This document shows positions 19,784-29,217 of a stretch of DNA of 64,000 nucleotides, in pieces (position 1 is the stretch's first letter; every line of letters starts with the position of its first letter). The stretch covers positions 11,032 to 75,031 of the IMG/VR virus record IMGVR_UViG_2896216315_000003; one strand, written 5' to 3'. A program made the position numbers and the translations under genes. This DNA is from a virus. Under the pieces are notes generated by a model. It was given only the letters and a program-made list of their open reading frames with translations, ran no database searches and was not told the DNA's origin.

Positions 19784-20221
19784 TCACAATAACATCGAAT
19801 TTGCGTAGCGCACTAATACTTTTTTACTATCTATCGCTTTTACTTTGTTAATAACCTCAGAGTCCATTTCTAGGGTTACCCCCAGCATAGCCAGACAACC
19901 ATCAACAAAGCCCTCTGCGACTTGCATCATTTGCCTAATCCGCCCTTCACTCATTTTCCATTCCTTGGCGATATTGCGTTTTGACACCCCATAAAGGTAA
20001 TGCAAAACAATTAATTCTAACTCTTCCTCTTTTCTAACTTGCCGTAGCTTCGCAATAACGCTATCAATAATTATCCCGTCATCATCACTGCATGACTCTC
20101 TCGATGGTTCTTTGTTTGCAATTAGGCCTTTAAAGCCTGCAGCAATATGGGAATAATCGATACCCGGATTATCACTCGTCCAACCTGCCCATTTTTGTAA
20201 AACCAACTGAATATCTCTCAT
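19784..20221 (-). CDS. Late antiterminator Q
   Basis: MRDIQLVLQKWAGW...YSHIAAGFKGL...CSDDDG...AEGFVDGCL. Confidence 0.93.
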   Translation of the reverse strand: MRDIQLVLQKWAGWTSDNPGIDYSHIAAGFKGLIANKEPSRESCSDDDGIIIDSVIAKLRQVRKEEELELIVLHYLYGVSKRNIAKEWKMSEGRIRQMMQVAEGFVDGCLAMLGVTLEMDSEVINKVKAIDSKKVLVRYANSMLL

Positions 20222-20252
20222 GCAAAAAGTCTCCCGCGTTCCGCACAACGCA

Positions 20253-20792
20253 TTAACCGAAAACACCCAGTGCCGCTGAATGGTCTAGGAATCGAAATAG
20301 AAAATATAATTGGCTTCCGTGTTCGCTTTCCCATCCGTTTGGATCCTTATGCAACTCGCTGTGGTGAATCCTACACAATGGGATGGTGAATAAATCATGA
20401 GCCTTAGTACCCATTCCGCCCTGACCATGACCGATTAGGTGATGCGCATCGTCCGATGTAGCACCGCATACGCAACATGGCTGTGATTTAACCCACTGCA
20501 GGTATTTATCATTTGTCCAGCGCTGAGGTTTTGGCTTTTTCATAAAGCTAGCTGGTGGCTCGGGATCGATGGTTAAATTTAATACAGGTTTTGATACCCG
20601 TTCATCACTAACTACGCCGCTGAGGTATTGGTCAGAAAGAGAGATAAGGCCCGATGGTTTATGCTTTAGCTCCTCAGGTAAAGCCATGAGCAACATTCTT
20701 CCACTGAATGTATTTAAATGTGCTCCTGGTCTAAATATCACGGCGCTAAGCTCAGGAACTGGGATCGGAGTTAATATCCATTGATGGCTCAT
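20253..20792 (-). CDS. DUF968-like putative HNH nuclease
   Basis: YLQWVKSQPCCVCG...DAHHLIGHG...PLCRIHHSELH. Confidence 0.85.
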   Translation of the reverse strand: MSHQWILTPIPVPELSAVIFRPGAHLNTFSGRMLLMALPEELKHKPSGLISLSDQYLSGVVSDERVSKPVLNLTIDPEPPASFMKKPKPQRWTNDKYLQWVKSQPCCVCGATSDDAHHLIGHGQGGMGTKAHDLFTIPLCRIHHSELHKDPNGWESEHGSQLYFLFRFLDHSAALGVFG

Positions 20793-21595
20793 GCGGCTTG
20801 CCCCACTACCATTAATTTGACGAGGTCAGTGCTTTTACTTTCATAGAAGTGCGGTTGAGTTTCTCTTGGGTTATTAGGGCTAGTGATATTTTTACCATAA
20901 ATTAAGCCCTTAGCAGTGATTGACCAGAATTGCTTGGTTTTATCTGCCCCCTTAGTGCTTGGACGTGACTTTCTTTCAACTAACCCTAATTCAGCCAAAC
21001 GTTTAAAAGCTGCTTGCGCGGAGATGTTAAGGCCATTCTTGCGGATAAATTCAGTTAATGAATGGGTTGGGCGACTGGAGCCATCCGGTGCATCAATAGG
21101 TGCATCGATTGCGTAACTAGGGGATAAATTAGGTAGCCCAGCCATTTGTTGGAGTTTTTGATAACCGCCAAGCTTGGATGAATTCGATAAATTGAGAGTC
21201 TTAGCCATGGATTCTAGCAAGATAGTACCAGCTTGAACCTTGTCACTTAATTGGGCTTGATTTCGCTGCTGAACTACAGCGTCGAAAGTGCGGATGACTT
21301 TAAGGCTAAATACAGGGCTAATCCACATGGCATATGCATAAATCAATTCTTTGCATGCATATGTGCCTTGGTCAACGCCGCCCCTGAATGATGTAACAGG
21401 TTGGTTTTCTTCCGATGCCGGAATTCCGCCATCGAATAATAATTCATTTATGAGCGCTTTTGTTTGCTCATTGCTCAAAAAATAGCTTGGTTTATGTTTA
21501 TTTTCGCCACCTGCAGCGCGGTGTAAATCATTTAAACAAAAACGGCCGTTAAAATCTTGGCGTACGCTGACGCCATCAATTACCAATTGGTTCAT
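20789..21595 (-). CDS. KilA-N domain antirepressor-like protein
   Basis: FCLNDLHRAAGG...GTYACKELIYAYAMWISPVF. Confidence 0.9.
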   Translation of the reverse strand: MNQLVIDGVSVRQDFNGRFCLNDLHRAAGGENKHKPSYFLSNEQTKALINELLFDGGIPASEENQPVTSFRGGVDQGTYACKELIYAYAMWISPVFSLKVIRTFDAVVQQRNQAQLSDKVQAGTILLESMAKTLNLSNSSKLGGYQKLQQMAGLPNLSPSYAIDAPIDAPDGSSRPTHSLTEFIRKNGLNISAQAAFKRLAELGLVERKSRPSTKGADKTKQFWSITAKGLIYGKNITSPNNPRETQPHFYESKSTDLVKLMVVGQAA

Positions 21596-21647
21596 GATGT
21601 ATACCCCACAAGTTGTTTTAATTCATCAACCCAGCTTCCGCATATCA

Positions 21648-21663
21648 CTGGATTAACGTACAG
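21648..21663. promoter_or_regulatory. LexA (SOS) box upstream of KilA-N gene
   Basis: CTGGATTAACGTACAG fits CTG-N10-CAG, just downstream of a minus-strand TATTCT -10 (21670-21675). Confidence 0.7.
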
Positions 21664-21766
21664 GTTATTAGAATACATAGTTTGAGCTATTTTGCACCAA
21701 TAATTGGATTTTCGTTGTTAAAGTCCGAAACGCTTTTATCTACGGAGTATTCTCGTAGCGGTATTG

Positions 21767-22132
21767 TCAAGGCTTAGGGATGATCGTTATTTCAAATCGA
21801 CCACCCTTTACGACTTCACACCAAGTGATATCAACGTGCTTAACTTGCTCATCGTCTTTCCAAATATTGGCATGGGTGATGGCGTCAAATGGTGCTTTTA
21901 GATAGTTATCAATATCTCTTCTGTGATAAGTGGGTGGGTACATCTTCACAATGACGGATACATTTTCAGTAATTACCCTAGGCCTTGGTCTTAATTGGGT
22001 ATAAATAGCAGCTATTGCACTAGCCCGAAATGCACGCCCTTTTGCACTGATTAACGTTTTACCGTTGATATTCCGCCAGCAAGCATTAACACTTGGAGGA
22101 AATGGCAACACTAAATAAATTGAATTGCTCAT
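21767..22132 (-). CDS. rusA: Holliday junction resolvase RusA
   Basis: LPFPPSVN and RRDIDNYLKAPFDA...DDEQV motifs. Confidence 0.93.
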   Translation of the reverse strand: MSNSIYLVLPFPPSVNACWRNINGKTLISAKGRAFRASAIAAIYTQLRPRPRVITENVSVIVKMYPPTYHRRDIDNYLKAPFDAITHANIWKDDEQVKHVDITWCEVVKGGRFEITIIPKP

Positions 22133-22308
22133 TTTGATACCACCTCATTCCAAATTGTTATTGCTGATGGCTTCTCATTTACTGCTGGGCCTTTCGCCCC
22201 ACAGCTATGGCAGTAAACATAAAACCATGTGCGATATTCGAGAGTTTGAATGTGCAAATCTTCGCTACCGCATTTGCATTGGTGAATTTCTGGCATTTTG
22301 TTTTTCAC
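22129..22308 (-). CDS. Lar/Ral-like restriction alleviation zinc-finger protein (59 aa)
   Basis: Manual translation: CKCGS...VYCHSCGAKGP...AITIWN; overlaps both neighbours by 4 nt. Confidence 0.72.
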   Translation of the reverse strand: MKNKMPEIHQCKCGSEDLHIQTLEYRTWFYVYCHSCGAKGPAVNEKPSAITIWNEVVSK

Positions 22309-22772
22309 GCCCTAACCCCCACCAAAAGTCTATCTAATTTCTTCAGCGTCTCGCTCCCCATATCGCCTATGTAAGCCTTTTCGACAACTTTAATGCCACA
22401 CTCGAATCGAGGCTCAGGCTCACACTTCTTGATTTCGTCCACTTTTTTAGGCTCAGCTGGTGGCTGCGCTTTAAGCTTTTCTGCCCTCTTTGGTTTTTCC
22501 TTCTCCTCTAACTTTGTCTCCCACACTGCCTTTAGCTTTGTAATTGCATGGGGATCGATGCTGTATTGCTTTGACCTCTGCTTAGCTTTCCCTGCAGGGA
22601 AATTGCCGACATATTTTATGCAGCCAATTTTTTCCAGCATTTCAAAAGTTCGGTGTGCAGCGGATGGTGAATAACTAGCAACATTTTTTAGGATCGCTGC
22701 ATTTATTGTTTTAAATTCGCGTCCAATCCTAATGACTTCAATTCCTTGCGTGTATTGGTATTCAGTTATCAT
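22305..22772 (-). CDS. Hypothetical protein (possible winged HTH)
   Basis: ORF packed in the nin-like region. Confidence 0.65.
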   Translation of the reverse strand: MITEYQYTQGIEVIRIGREFKTINAAILKNVASYSPSAAHRTFEMLEKIGCIKYVGNFPAGKAKQRSKQYSIDPHAITKLKAVWETKLEEKEKPKRAEKLKAQPPAEPKKVDEIKKCEPEPRFECGIKVVEKAYIGDMGSETLKKLDRLLVGVRA

Positions 22773-22773
22773 T

Positions 22774-23412
22774 TTATGCAGCCACCCTCTTCGCTAACCA
22801 CCTAACTTGCTCTATGAATATTCTGCCTCGTTCCTCTAGATCCTCACGCTTGATATAATCAAATGGTTTACCTGTCCATGACTTATCAAAAACGACAATA
22901 GCGCCAGCAAAGAATGCCCCCGTTGGCTTCTGTTTATCATCTGATGGGTTAAACCACGCAGGGAGCTCAAACCCAATACGACCGCGAATGAAGCAAACAT
23001 GATCTGCATTTTCTGGCCACCAGCTTTCACTTGTTGCCGCCTTCAGAAGAAAAACATAGCGACCGCCTTTCTCTCTCATTGCAAAGGCGTGGTTCATTAT
23101 GTGGCCAACACCCGTTATAGCCTGTTTTTCGTGATATGAACTGCGTGAATATGGTGGATTACCAAATGCAGCACCGCCAACTTCTTTTAGCTTTTCCGAC
23201 CAGTCTTGAGTTAAAGCATTATCTTCTGCAGTGTAGAAGTTAGGTGCCTTAGTGTTTTTACCGTCAGTAAATAAATCGAGTTTGAATAGCCCATATATCG
23301 AGCTGATACCCCAGTACAATTCATCGGGTGTACACCACTGATCCCCAATTTCATTAAGCTTATGTCGTGGTTTAGCTTTAAGCGCCTCGAGGCTTTGAAT
23401 GTATTTATTCAT
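22774..23412 (-). CDS. Phage N6-adenine DNA methyltransferase (Dam family)
   Basis: DQWCTP, LDLF, NPPYS and RGRIGF motifs. Confidence 0.92.
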   Translation of the reverse strand: MNKYIQSLEALKAKPRHKLNEIGDQWCTPDELYWGISSIYGLFKLDLFTDGKNTKAPNFYTAEDNALTQDWSEKLKEVGGAAFGNPPYSRSSYHEKQAITGVGHIMNHAFAMREKGGRYVFLLKAATSESWWPENADHVCFIRGRIGFELPAWFNPSDDKQKPTGAFFAGAIVVFDKSWTGKPFDYIKREDLEERGRIFIEQVRWLAKRVAA

Positions 23413-23660
23413 CAGATAGCACCTCGCTGCTGGTGGGATTTAACATACTCGCGCATATGCTTATAACGCTGCTGAACTTGAAAATGGTCAGCATGATGGT
23501 TTAAGTGGCGAAACTTCCTGCAGGTCACTAAGTCACGACGGGATTGATTCCATCTGTTACGAAGCTTGCGAATCGTGCGCCATTTACGTATCTGTTTGAA
23601 TATGGCAATCATGTCTAGTACGTCAACGCCATAGATTGTTTTAGTTTCACTACGCATCAT
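23412..23660 (-). CDS. Hypothetical basic protein
   Basis: ATGA coupling to the replication gene. Confidence 0.6.
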   Translation of the reverse strand: MMRSETKTIYGVDVLDMIAIFKQIRKWRTIRKLRNRWNQSRRDLVTCRKFRHLNHHADHFQVQQRYKHMREYVKSHQQRGAI

Positions 23661-24718
23661 GCTGTCACCTCTTTCGCTGCTAGCTCTGCTGCTTGTTGCC
23701 AAATACCTAACCATGCCTTGCGACCTACAAAATCCGACATGTTACGAACACCCTGTTTACCCGCTAATTCAGCTGCGATTTCCTCAATGCGGTTTTTAGG
23801 TGTTAGCCTTGAACCAATGATCCGTGTGTAAGCATTGTCACGTTCTACGGGGTCGATACTTACAGCAACTTCACCAGGCTTGAGCCATTTACCGTTAACA
23901 CAGACGGGGCGACCAGCCTCATGCCATTTCTGAGCTTTTTCAAAGTACTCCATGCAGTTTTCAGGGCTAAATAATGTTTTCGGGCGTAGGTAATCACTCA
24001 TTCTTGAGTCATTCAGCCACTTGGCTGTGATGTAGTCAGTCACCAGAATTAAATCATCTGAGGTGTAATTTTCAGCTAGACGGGCTCTGATACGACCCAT
24101 AGTTGTTTTACCATCGCGATAACTTGAGTTAGTGACCTTGTTGAAATGTTCTAAAACAGCTTGCGCATGGTCGGGCTCAGCATGAGCCTGACAAAAAGAG
24201 TTACTCTCTGTTGTAATCTCTTGTGTATTCTCTGTAGTACTCTCTGTAAGATCAGGGCAATTTGACCCGTTCGATGAGGTCATTTTGGTACTGTTCGAAC
24301 GTTTCATTTTGCGCTTATCGATAAGGTCATTTTGACCTGTTCGAGAGGCTTCGGCTGAACTGTTCGATGAGTTCAATTTGACCTCATCGGATAACAGCGC
24401 ATGTTCATAATTTATAGAGTAATAATTTGTGCGGTCATGGGTTCGTTTATTGATTTGCTCAATATTTAATACACCCAATTTTTTTAAATTGTTAAATGCA
24501 CGTTTAATTGTAGATTCAGAAAAATACGGGAATTGTTCACGCCATTCTTCAATAGTGTTATAAACCCAGCGCCTACCGTCATGATCAACACCTGACGAGG
24601 TTTCCGATAACCAGTATTGAACTTGCTGAAGCAATAAAGCCTCATTCAAGCCCAAGCGAACCGCCAGCTCAGGTATAACAATTTGTGGGCGTGTTTTAAG
24701 GAGTAATAAGCTACTCAT
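23657..24718 (-). CDS. Replication initiator (O-like) with conserved phage C-terminal domain
   Basis: GLNEALLLQQVQYW wHTH, YLRPKTLF motif, internal iterons. Confidence 0.88.
   Translation of the reverse strand: MSSLLLLKTRPQIVIPELAVRLGLNEALLLQQVQYWLSETSSGVDHDGRRWVYNTIEEWREQFPYFSESTIKRAFNNLKKLGVLNIEQINKRTHDRTNYYSINYEHALLSDEVKLNSSNSSAEASRTGQNDLIDKRKMKRSNSTKMTSSNGSNCPDLTESTTENTQEITTESNSFCQAHAEPDHAQAVLEHFNKVTNSSYRDGKTTMGRIRARLAENYTSDDLILVTDYITAKWLNDSRMSDYLRPKTLFSPENCMEYFEKAQKWHEAGRPVCVNGKWLKPGEVAVSIDPVERDNAYTRIIGSRLTPKNRIEEIAAELAGKQGVRNMSDFVGRKAWLGIWQQAAELAAKEVTA
24254..24392. repeat. Replication origin iterons (~21-bp period)
   Basis: Tandem degenerate GTTCGATGAGGTCATTTTG units inside the initiator gene. 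Confidence 0.75.
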
Positions 24719-24727
24719 ACAGCCACC

Positions 24728-24907
24728 TTACTTAACTTCTGTGTAATATTTTTTGAATTGTTCGAGGGGCTCAAAACAGGGGTGCTCATAGTCATCGAGC
24801 ATGAAAACAACCCGTTGCCTTGGTTTGTCCCACTCAACAACATGGACAATACGGCCTCGCTTATCTCGGAAGTATCGATTAAGGTTTTTATGCTTTTCAT
24901 TGCTCAC
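24728..24907 (-). CDS. DUF4222-like small protein
   Basis: RYFRDKRGRIVHVVEWD...YEHPCFEPLEQF. Confidence 0.75.
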   Translation of the reverse strand: MSNEKHKNLNRYFRDKRGRIVHVVEWDKPRQRVVFMLDDYEHPCFEPLEQFKKYYTEVK

Positions 24908-25106
24908 TAACCTCTCTCCCACTGCGGAAATAGTATTTAGCCCAGCTATCTCTTAGGGCTTTGCTATCTACCAATTGTTGTTCGGTCTGGTAGTTGCCCG
25001 ACTCGTCAGCTGAAGTTATGATCTCTACATATTGAAACGGACCACATTTCGATACAGGCAAGCATCTAAATTGCTTTTTTGATTGAAATTGGTTTACACT
25101 GCTCAT
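24897..25106 (-). CDS. Hypothetical protein
   Basis: TTGTGTGGAGTA RBS motif before MSSVNQ. Confidence 0.6.
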   Translation of the reverse strand: MSSVNQFQSKKQFRCLPVSKCGPFQYVEIITSADESGNYQTEQQLVDSKALRDSWAKYYFRSGREVSEQ

Positions 25107-25189
25107 GCTAGTTACTCCACACAAGTTGTTATTAGCACCCGACGCCTCGGACCGCATATCTGGGGCGTCAACCTTTCTAGCTATGCTCA

Positions 25190-25648
25190 TCATCGTTTAA
25201 TCCCATAAACCGTTTTTAATGACTCAATAAACCCTGCAGCGTACCCAAACACCTTTGCCAACTTGCGATCTATTGCCTTAATTTCCTCGTCAGTAAGAAC
25301 TCCATCAGAAATGCTATTTTGAATCAGTACAGATAACGCACCTTGCATAGCGCCAAGATTCATGCGTATTTCAAAAAGTTCGACTGTATCTAAATTCTCA
25401 GGCTCGACTTTAGTTGCAGGAACCATTGAGTGACGATCCATGTGATATTCCACCAGCAACTTAGTGCCTGATAATTCTTCAATCGCTTCAAGCTCATCAT
25501 TTTCAAAGAAACGGCAGCCGTTTTTCTCATACAACTTGTTATTGAATGTGGTTTCAGAAATACCTAATGCACCAGCCATGGCTGAACGACCACCAGGGAA
25601 TGCTTTACACATTTCTTTCACGACTTCTTTTAATGTTTGTTTGCACAT
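25190..25648 (-). CDS. YmfL/CII-like regulator
   Basis: MCKAFPGGRSAMAGALG...FNNKLYEKNGCRFF; follows cro. Confidence 0.85.
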   Translation of the reverse strand: MCKQTLKEVVKEMCKAFPGGRSAMAGALGISETTFNNKLYEKNGCRFFENDELEAIEELSGTKLLVEYHMDRHSMVPATKVEPENLDTVELFEIRMNLGAMQGALSVLIQNSISDGVLTDEEIKAIDRKLAKVFGYAAGFIESLKTVYGIKR

Positions 25649-25685
25649 ATCTACAATTCCGTTGTTTTGTTGGTAGTTAACTCAG

Positions 25686-25892
25686 TTAGTTAGATTTGCT
25701 ACTGTTTAGGTAAAGCTCTGGGTTAAACCTCAATTCACCTTTCGTTCGGTAATCAGCCTCCATGGCGCGATTTTTCGGAATTAGTTGATTTGGTCGTTTT
25801 TTCCATTGGTAAAAAGCTTCGGGGCTTATCCGAAAAAACTCAGCAATTTTATTAGTGGTACCGAAGTATTTTTCAATCTGCTCTGTAGTCAT
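25686..25892 (-). CDS. Cro-like repressor
   Basis: Small HTH (YFG...KIAEFFRISPEAFYQW), divergent from cI. Confidence 0.88.
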   Translation of the reverse strand: MTTEQIEKYFGTTNKIAEFFRISPEAFYQWKKRPNQLIPKNRAMEADYRTKGELRFNPELYLNSSKSN

Positions 25893-25907
25893 AACGCCTC
25901 CTAATTT

Positions 25908-25970
25908 CTAAGTTAAGTTAGATATTAATTGTTAATTTATATTTGGTCAATAAAAACTAAGATAACTTAG
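25908..25970. promoter_or_regulatory. OR operators and PR promoter
   Basis: CTAAGTTAAGTTAG 25908-25921 and CTAAGATAACTTAG 25957-25970; minus-strand TTGACC-N17-TAATAT. Confidence 0.8.
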
Positions 25971-25972
25971 GT

Positions 25973-26638
25973 TTGTATGAAATGGACTTAGGAATGAGTA
26001 AAGCTGAAAACACCATCGGAAGCAGAATAAAGGCTTTGAGAGACATCACTAAAACCACCCAAAAAGAACTTGGGCGGTATTGTGGTGTGTCTGATGTTAC
26101 AGTCGGATATTGGGAGAGAGACCTAAATGCCCCGCGAAGTGATGCTCTATTGAAATTAGCTAGATATTTCAATACCACTGAAGCATATATATTGTATGGT
26201 ATTCCATCTAAGCAGGCATCAAACATAATCACGAATGCCCAAAAAGTGCCGATTTTATCTTATGTCCAAGCTGGCAACTTCACTGACTATGCGCCAAATC
26301 AGATTTACGATGATGATTTAGAGTTCATAGAGACAACCCTTAAAGTATCGCCTTTATCATTCGCCCTGCGCGTCATTGGTGATTCCATGACAAATCCTTA
26401 CGGCTTGCCATCAATCCCTGAAGGGTCAACAGTTATTGTTGATCCTGAAGCTGAAGTTGTTAGTGGTAAATTTGTTGTCGCTAGATTGCAAGGCTCTGAT
26501 GAAGTCACAGTGAAACGTTATGTTGTTGATGGCCCCAATAAGTTTTTGATGCCACTAAACCCTCGATATGACAACATCCCAATCAACGGTAACTGCGAAA
26601 TAGTCGGCCTCGTTCGCGGTGTTCAATACGAGCTATAA
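25973..26638 (+). CDS. CI repressor (HTH + S24 autopeptidase); start may be 25982 or 25994
   Basis: HTH, Ala-Gly site (VQAG), GDSM Ser and VKR Lys. Confidence 0.95.
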   Translation: MYEMDLGMSKAENTIGSRIKALRDITKTTQKELGRYCGVSDVTVGYWERDLNAPRSDALLKLARYFNTTEAYILYGIPSKQASNIITNAQKVPILSYVQAGNFTDYAPNQIYDDDLEFIETTLKVSPLSFALRVIGDSMTNPYGLPSIPEGSTVIVDPEAEVVSGKFVVARLQGSDEVTVKRYVVDGPNKFLMPLNPRYDNIPINGNCEIVGLVRGVQYEL

Positions 26639-26658
26639 CCTCCCTCCTTAACTTTAAT

Positions 26659-26727
26659 CTAAGTTTTCTTAGATTTTATATTGACACAAATCCTAAGTTG
26701 AATTAGTTTATATCTAAGACAACTTAG
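26659..26727 (+). promoter_or_regulatory. OL operators and PL promoter
   Basis: Three CTAAG-N4-(C/A)TTAG sites at 26659, 26693, 26714; TTGACA(26681)-N17-TAGTTT. Confidence 0.85.
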
Positions 26728-26737
26728 GAGGTGCTCA

Positions 26738-26947
26738 ATGCAAACCAATTCAAATGAACCAATCGTTACTTTTAGTGTGCCAATGTCGCAGGATGATGTG
26801 CGCGAGTGGATACTAGAAAAAGCCAAACAAATTAATAACCTACAAAAACTACGCAATGAACGTGATGAGCTGCAATCTAAACTCGAAAAGCTCGACGAAG
26901 AAATTGCAGAGTGCATGGATATGTGTGCAGTTACTGTTAGTGCTTGA
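26738..26947 (+). CDS. First early-left gene, small coiled-coil protein
   Basis: AGGAGG RBS directly after PL. Confidence 0.75.
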   Translation: MQTNSNEPIVTFSVPMSQDDVREWILEKAKQINNLQKLRNERDELQSKLEKLDEEIAECMDMCAVTVSA

Positions 26948-26975
26948 CTGAATTAAATTGTGTGGAGTACTTAGT

Positions 26976-27170
26976 ATGGGAATGCTTATTTTAACTCGTC
27001 GAGTCGGTGAAACTTTAATGATTGGTGATGATATTAAAGTGACTGTTTTGGGGCTTAATGGAAACCAAGTGCGGATTGGTATTGAAGCCCCAAAAGATGT
27101 TGCTGTACATCGTGAAGAAATTTATCAACGTGTTTTAGCTGAAAGAAATAATGCCAGTGCTAGTGATTGA
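26976..27170 (+). CDS. csrA: Phage-encoded CsrA/RsmA RNA-binding protein
   Basis: [16 protein letters not shown]...[27 protein letters not shown]-binding Arg of HREE retained. Confidence 0.96.
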   Translation: MGMLILTRRVGETLMIGDDIKVTVLGLNGNQVRIGIEAPKDVAVHREEIYQRVLAERNNASASD

Positions 27171-27184
27171 CCCTTGTAGTTTTT

Positions 27185-27208
27185 GGCGGTGTTGTGCCGC
27201 CCTTTTTC
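27185..27208 (+). terminator. Terminator after csrA
   Basis: GGCGG-TGTTGTG-CCGCC followed by CTTTTT. Confidence 0.6.
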
Positions 27209-27318
27209 ATAATACATAAGGCCACTGATATTCAGTGTTCATACTAGGTAAATATATTCATTATTTGTCAGTGGTCTTATTTATTGTGTGGAGTTAATTA
27301 TATTTGAGGAAAAAACAA

Positions 27319-28221
27319 ATGAAACGTTTTCCAATTACTAGCTGTGTTATTTTTAAAGCTGAATTGCCCAGCGCCGAAGCTTTAGAAAATCATTTAAAAG
27401 AATTACCTTTTGTTGATATTTTAGAGTCACATTCTATTAGCTATGGTTTTATTCCTAATAAAATCACAGGTGAATTAGTTACGCCAATTGAAGGTGGCTA
27501 TATTATTACTTTTCGTATTGATGAAAAGATACTTCCTAAAGCGGCTATCGCCTTTGAGGTTAATAGACGCATTGAGAAATTGAAAGAACAAGGTATCGAT
27601 GATTTTCTTGAAGCCGAACTAAAGCATATTGCAATAGAAGAAATGTTAAAGGTTGCTTTAACTAAAACAAAAATCATCACTGCTCTTTACCATGTTAAAA
27701 AAGGTTTCCTGTTTGTGTCCACAACGCGAAAGCCAGACCACCAAGCACTATTAGGTAGTTTAGTGAAAGCTTGCGGTACTGTAAAAACTGAAACTTTTCA
27801 CATTGATGATGCAAAGAATGGGATTACAACACGGTTATCTAACCACATTGATAACCAACCACCAGCAGAGTGCTTTGGTCATGACCTTTATCCCGGAAAT
27901 TTCCTTTTGCTACAACGTAAGCTTGATAAAAAGCTAGAAACCCTAAAATATGATGCTGAACTTAATTTAATTCGTGAGCAAGTTAAAGATTCAATTGATA
28001 GTCATTTTAAAGTTTGTTTAATTGAATTAAGTACCTTTGATATTAGCTTTAAGCTCACAGATGATTTTGACTTTAAAAATATCAAACCATTAGTAGAAAT
28101 TGACTGTGACAGAGATAGAGTTTTTCGCTATCGACACACAAACGCAGTATTTATGTTTCACATGGTTAATACAATTGAGCTATTGATTGAATTATTAAAA
28201 TATAAAGAAGAATCAGAGTAA
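27319..28221 (+). CDS. RdgC-like recombination-associated protein
   Basis: SYGFIP...RIDEKILPKAAI...ALLGSL motifs. Confidence 0.8.
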   Translation: MKRFPITSCVIFKAELPSAEALENHLKELPFVDILESHSISYGFIPNKITGELVTPIEGGYIITFRIDEKILPKAAIAFEVNRRIEKLKEQGIDDFLEAELKHIAIEEMLKVALTKTKIITALYHVKKGFLFVSTTRKPDHQALLGSLVKACGTVKTETFHIDDAKNGITTRLSNHIDNQPPAECFGHDLYPGNFLLLQRKLDKKLETLKYDAELNLIREQVKDSIDSHFKVCLIELSTFDISFKLTDDFDFKNIKPLVEIDCDRDRVFRYRHTNAVFMFHMVNTIELLIELLKYKEESE

Positions 28222-28304
28222 CTATTTAACCAACACCAAGGAATTTAATTCTCTTTATTAAGAGACGGACTCTTATTATCTAAACTTTGTGTGGAGTATT
28301 AATT

Positions 28305-28507
28305 ATGTCCAATGAAATTAAATTTGATGCAGATATATTGCTAGAATCAGTTAACGCCCATGGTGCTGATGGCCATGTTTACAATGACACAAAAAACGCT
28401 TCTTTAATGGCGCTAAAATACATACATCACCAGTAGTTAATATCGATACTTATCTTGCTGATGGTTATATACAAACAGTTAATTCAGTTTACAGAATTAT
28501 TGTTTAG
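28305..28507 (+). pseudogene. Small phage gene broken by a -1 shift in an A6 run
   Basis: MSNEIKFDAD...GHVYNDTK continues as KRFFNGAKIHTSPVV...IQTVNSVYRIIV* only in the -1 frame after ACAAAAAAC. Confidence 0.6.
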
Positions 28508-29173
28508 GTGGCTGTTATGAAAGAGCGCGGAATTATTTTTAACTCAGAAATGGTGCGCGCCATCCTTGATGGCCGTAAAACTCAAACTCGTAGAATCATG
28601 AAACCCCAACCAAAGACAAATGAAAATGGTGATATATGGTGGCCTAGTAATATATGTCAGTCCATGATCAATATTAAAGAAATGATGCAGAATAACGAGG
28701 GTGTATGGGCTGGTATTGCTGGTATAGCCTGCCCGCACGGTGGAGTTGGCGATCACCTTTGGGTTCGTGAAACATTTTGTATTGTACATGATGAACAGTT
28801 TGGCGAAGAAAATTGGATTGATTACAGGGCAACACCTAAGTACTCAGATAAAAAACCTGCTGGATGGGATGCTGAACCAAATGACCCTGAAGCATTGAAT
28901 TGGTCACCATCTATACATATGCCTCGATGGGCTTCACGTATCACGCTAGAAATTACTGATGTTCGAGTAGAGCGATTACAAGAAGCTAGCGACGATGACT
29001 TTAAAGCTGAAGGCTATCCGCTCGAGAGAGAATTAACTGGCGGCAGTACTGATGCATTTTGCTGGTTTCGTCACTTATGGGATTCAGTTAGTAAGCCTGA
29101 CTGTAATTTTGAAAGTAACCCGTGGGTGTGGGTTATTGAGTTTAAGCGAGTGGGATTATCACCCAAGAAATAA
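28508..29173 (+). CDS. ASCH/PUA-like phage protein
   Basis: MVRAILDGRKTQTRR, LWVRETF, PSIHMPRWASRITLEITDVRVERLQ, NPWVWVIEF. Confidence 0.85.
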   Translation: MAVMKERGIIFNSEMVRAILDGRKTQTRRIMKPQPKTNENGDIWWPSNICQSMINIKEMMQNNEGVWAGIAGIACPHGGVGDHLWVRETFCIVHDEQFGEENWIDYRATPKYSDKKPAGWDAEPNDPEALNWSPSIHMPRWASRITLEITDVRVERLQEASDDDFKAEGYPLERELTGGSTDAFCWFRHLWDSVSKPDCNFESNPWVWVIEFKRVGLSPKK

Positions 29174-29217
29174 TGTGGTCAGCTCAAAGCTAATTCGTTT
29201 GAAGTGGCATAGTTAAT

